A DNA stretch of 64,000 nt from Selaginella moellendorffii. Its lineage: Eukaryota; Plantae; Lycopodiophyta. The stretch lies in assembly GCF_000143415.4 (NCBI RefSeq), contig NW_003314272.1, positions 291,173-355,172 on the forward strand. The letters are read 5' to 3'. The notes beneath the pieces were generated by a model, which was not told the origin of the DNA, searched no databases, and saw nothing but the letters and a program-made list of their open reading frames with translations. The position numbers were made by a program, and so were the translations under genes. Every line of letters starts with the position of its first letter. The stretch's first letter is position 1. Below are positions 62,701-64,000 of the stretch, piece after piece.

Positions 62701-64000
62701 GTCCAATCGTGTTACGCTCATTTGGCTCTTGCTTCGGCCACTACCATGTGGCGCCCTTCCGGCTCCACTTTGGGGCCTAGGGATTTTGTGTCTCACAACC
62801 ACATACCATTCAGTAGCAACATTGGCATGCACCGATTGGGCTCTCGAGTGCAGTCCGGTTACAGATGGCGTGTAGCCTCACGCCATCTTAGGATGCAGCG
62901 TCAAGACATCTGATGCAGTGGTGAATGGCGTGTGGCCTCACGTTATTTCCAGCTACTAGCTTTTCATCTGTCAGCTCTAATTGTTGTGCATTTCTGAACA
63001 GGCGAGGAATTGTGTTCTTCTTCCAGCCACTGTCAATGTGGATGCAGAGAAGGGGGAGGAGCTCACCAGTTGGACTTTTGGGATGGAAGGCGAGGATCTG
63101 AGGCTGTACAACACAGATAGTGGGAGAAAAGAATGCATGGGGATCCTCATCCAAGTGACAGACACTCCATGCAGTTCCATGCAAGAATATAGACTGGCAC
63201 TTGTGGTAGAGACAGCGTCTGCCTTCAAGATCCACCTTGCACATCCTAGCGGCTTCCCGGAGGGGGGCAGCGGCTATGAGGAATTCCTAGAGGGAGCTAG
63301 GGAGAGGTTGTCCAGGAGGCCCACAATTTCAAAGACGCTGCGGGTCTATGAAGATCACATGGAATCCACGGACCTCACCTACGGCGATGTTCAAAAACTA
63401 TATTCCAACATTGAGCCGTTGAGAGTGACTCCAGTTCGCGAAGCAAAGGGGAAGGGCGTCGATCTGGAAACTACCTCGAAGCAGAAAAGGGTGGTCAAGC
63501 TCAAGCCGACGTCCGACTCTCCTGCTCCAAAAAAGAAGCTACTCAGTGATGCCATTGCCTCGGGTTCGAACACTACACCCACCAAAAAGAAGAGCCGCAA
63601 AGAGCAGAAAGAACAAGAAGAGGCAGCAAAAATCGTCGCAGATAATAGTACTTGTTACTATTCCAACAAAGTATATACAATCGACATGAGCCGTATCGAC
63701 ATCCAAAGCAAATACAACCACAGGCTAGTATCTGATGAGTGGGTGGAGAAACTGAAGCAGAAGATGCTGGCAAGTCCAGTAACACCCGACATCACAGACG
63801 TGATCCCCTACTACCGAACAATGAAGGGCGAGACGAGGTTTCCAGACTTGATCAATAGGAAGGTGTTGGACGATCAGAACATCCGGTTCTATGCCGTCTC
63901 CGGGCAGCATTCTAGCTTGGCGATGCAAGAGATAGTTGTGGATATTATGGTGGGCGAGGAGGTGAAGAAAGTCTTCAAGACAAGAGTTGTCCGCCTGATA
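47759..64000 (+). CDS. ParB/Srx-like domain protein; exon 1 coding part is only ATG, exon 2 is 63002 to window end
   Basis: ATG|GTAAGT at 47759-47767 with TATA-like CTATAAG at ~47663. Acceptor TTTCTGAACAG at 63001, then 333 stop-free codons: ARNCVLLP...PAPKKK...YTIDMSRIDIQSKYNHRLVSDEWVEKLKQKML...FYAVSGQHSSLAMQ. Confidence 0.68.
47802..62797 (-). mobile_element. Compound LTR retroelement array: LTR-int-LTR-int-LTR-partial LTR
   Basis: LTRs 47802-49489, 53401-55433, 59488-61508 and partial 61509-62797. tRNA-iMet PBS at 53386-53397 and 59473-59484. Outer flanks GCCAC / ACCAC. Confidence 0.93.

Larger units (their letters stand above)
41481..64000. mobile_element. Putative large multi-gene DNA transposon (right end outside the window)
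   Basis: Starts abruptly inside element A and contains a DDD transposase, a second gene and a shared palindromic motif on both sides of the 15-kb LTR insertion. Termini and TSD not demonstrable here. Confidence 0.6.

Noticed and set aside
31408-62875. Many long ORFs with SR, GL, SDSI or ESEM repeats (e.g. 33303-34523, 54176-55534, 60263-61690)
   Set aside because: They are translations of the stop-free LTR tandem arrays, open in several frames on both strands and changing frame between copies.

Overview
Plant genomic DNA. The very short GT-AG introns (about 55-100 nt), tiny intergenic spacers and divergent land-plant proteins suggest a lycophyte such as Selaginella (inference). The first ~18.7 kb is a compact gene island: IBR5-like phosphatase, gamma-tubulin, a mitochondrial dicarboxylate carrier with a long uORF, an EF-hand/TPR/ZZ protein, an alpha/beta hydrolase, a PHT1 phosphate transporter and a 2OG-Fe(II) dioxygenase. 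Missing from the ORF track is a tandem pair of 3-exon secreted-peptide genes ending in HxDYIYDFNP, a phytosulfokine-like motif with a non-canonical core. From ~19 kb on the window is a nested transposon field. It holds old Ty3/gypsy relics (19-30 kb) and a young non-coding LTR family with satellite-like LTR arrays, nested into itself. A large putative DNA element (~41.5 kb to the window end) carries a Sola1-like DDD transposase, a divergently oriented ParB-like gene whose first intron contains a 15-kb LTR insertion, and about 12 copies of a 22-bp palindrome. All family assignments come from motif recognition by eye, not database searches.
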